Positions 63,200-64,000 of a stretch of DNA of 64,000 nucleotides are shown here, piece after piece; positions within the stretch are counted from its first letter, which is position 1; each line of letters starts with the position of its first letter. Made by a program: the position numbers and the translations under genes. Source of the stretch: Camelus dromedarius. Lineage: Eukaryota. The notes below the pieces were generated by a model. That model saw nothing but the letters and a program-made list of their open reading frames with translations. It was not told where the DNA came from and searched no databases. The DNA is taken from NCBI RefSeq assembly GCF_036321535.1, contig NC_087436.1, positions 19,284,001-19,348,000 on the forward strand. Reading direction: 5' to 3'.

Positions 63200-63960
63200 G
63201 CTAGTTTTGGGGTTCAGATCTCTTATGTATTTATTAAATAAAGCTTGTTAATTGTGTTCTTCAACTCTTATTTGTTTACTAAATTTTTGTTGTTTTTGTC
63301 TCTCAGTCTTTAGGAGAGAGGTGTTGAAATTTCCCATTATAATTGAGCATTTATCAATTTCTCCTATAGTTTCATATATTTTTCTTTACATATTTTGAGG
63401 TCAATTTATTACTACTGAAGAATTGTTATATCTTTCATTATTAAGAAGTGAATATTTTATTATTATGTAATGACATGTCTTGTCCTTAAAAATAATTTTT
63501 AAAATAAAGTCTATTTTGTATGATATTATGGTTACATTTCTTTTGATTACCTTTCTGACTTAAAATTTTATTTTAGTTTTTTTCTATTTCTTTCTTCTTT
63601 TTAGAAAGAAATGGAATTTTTTTCTTTTAATTTTTTTTGGAGGGGGGAGGTAATTAGGCCTGTTTGTTTGTTTATTTATTTAGTTAATGGAAGTACTGGG
63701 GATTGAACCCAGGACCTCATGCATGCTAAGCATGTGCTCTACCACTGAGCTATATACCCTCTCCCCTTATTTCTTTCTTTTCTCACTTCATTATTTACTC
63801 TGTTTCTATTTTTTTTAGTAGTAAACTTTGAAATTTTACCATGCTTACTTGACAACTTGAAAATGCTCAATCAATATATTAACTCCTTCTTCCAAAAAAA
63901 CATACATGCCTTAGAACAATTTTATTGCCATTGCCCTCTCCCCAAATTATATTGATTTAT
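63200..63960 (-). mobile_element. Old antisense L1 fragments, split by a SINE
   Basis: gagagaggtgttgaaatttcccattataattg; aaagtctattttgtatgatatta. Confidence 0.6.
63597..63767 (-). mobile_element. tRNA-Ala-derived SINE (vic-1 type) with 12-bp TSD
   Basis: Minus strand GGGGAGAGGGTATATAGCTCAGTGGTAGAGCACATGCTTAGCATGCATGAGGTCCTGGGTTCAATCCCCAGTAC...CCTAATTACC. TSD TATTTCTTTCTT at 63585-63596 and 63768-63779. Confidence 0.92.
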
Positions 63961-64000
63961 TTTTGACACAATAACTTTGGCTTCTGTATAGAGAACGGAG

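Noticed and set aside
63680..63766. Apparent tRNA-Ala(AGC) gene (likewise at 20945, 23649 and 54340)
   Set aside because: Extra 5' bases, disrupted acceptor stem, SINE tail and TSDs show these are SINEs.
1..64000. CRISPR arrays, operons or horizontally acquired prokaryotic/viral genes
   Set aside because: No regularly spaced repeat-spacer structure or gene-dense segment; the window reads as mammalian throughout.

Overview
Mammalian genomic DNA, very probably camelid, because four tRNA-Ala-derived SINEs match the camelid vic-1 type. The only protein-coding gene I can support is POU4F2 (Brn-3b, class IV POU homeobox factor) on the minus strand. It has two coding exons (42934-42650 and 42203-41262, 408 aa), a 446-nt GT-AG intron carrying the start of the short isoform (MCAFYLQLQ), a TATA-like/Inr core promoter near 43.2 kb, and a ~1.7-kb 3' UTR with three miR-23 seed sites and stacked ATTAAA signals. 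The gene lies in a ~27-kb block (about 25-52 kb) almost free of recognisable transposons. That block holds several CpG islands, two near-consensus REST/NRSF (RE1) sites bracketing the gene, and homeodomain and E-box motif clusters. Both flanks are ordinary TE mosaic (L1, L2, MIR, solo LTRs, hAT fossils, SINEs), several elements with readable target-site duplications. I found no convincing wholly new genetic system. The best leads are regulatory: the RE1 pair, a stop-free intron frame that could add a hydrophobic N-terminal extension, a palindrome cluster next to an orphan CpG island, and proneural E-box clusters. TE subfamily names and orthologue comparisons come from memory of consensus sequences and need database confirmation.
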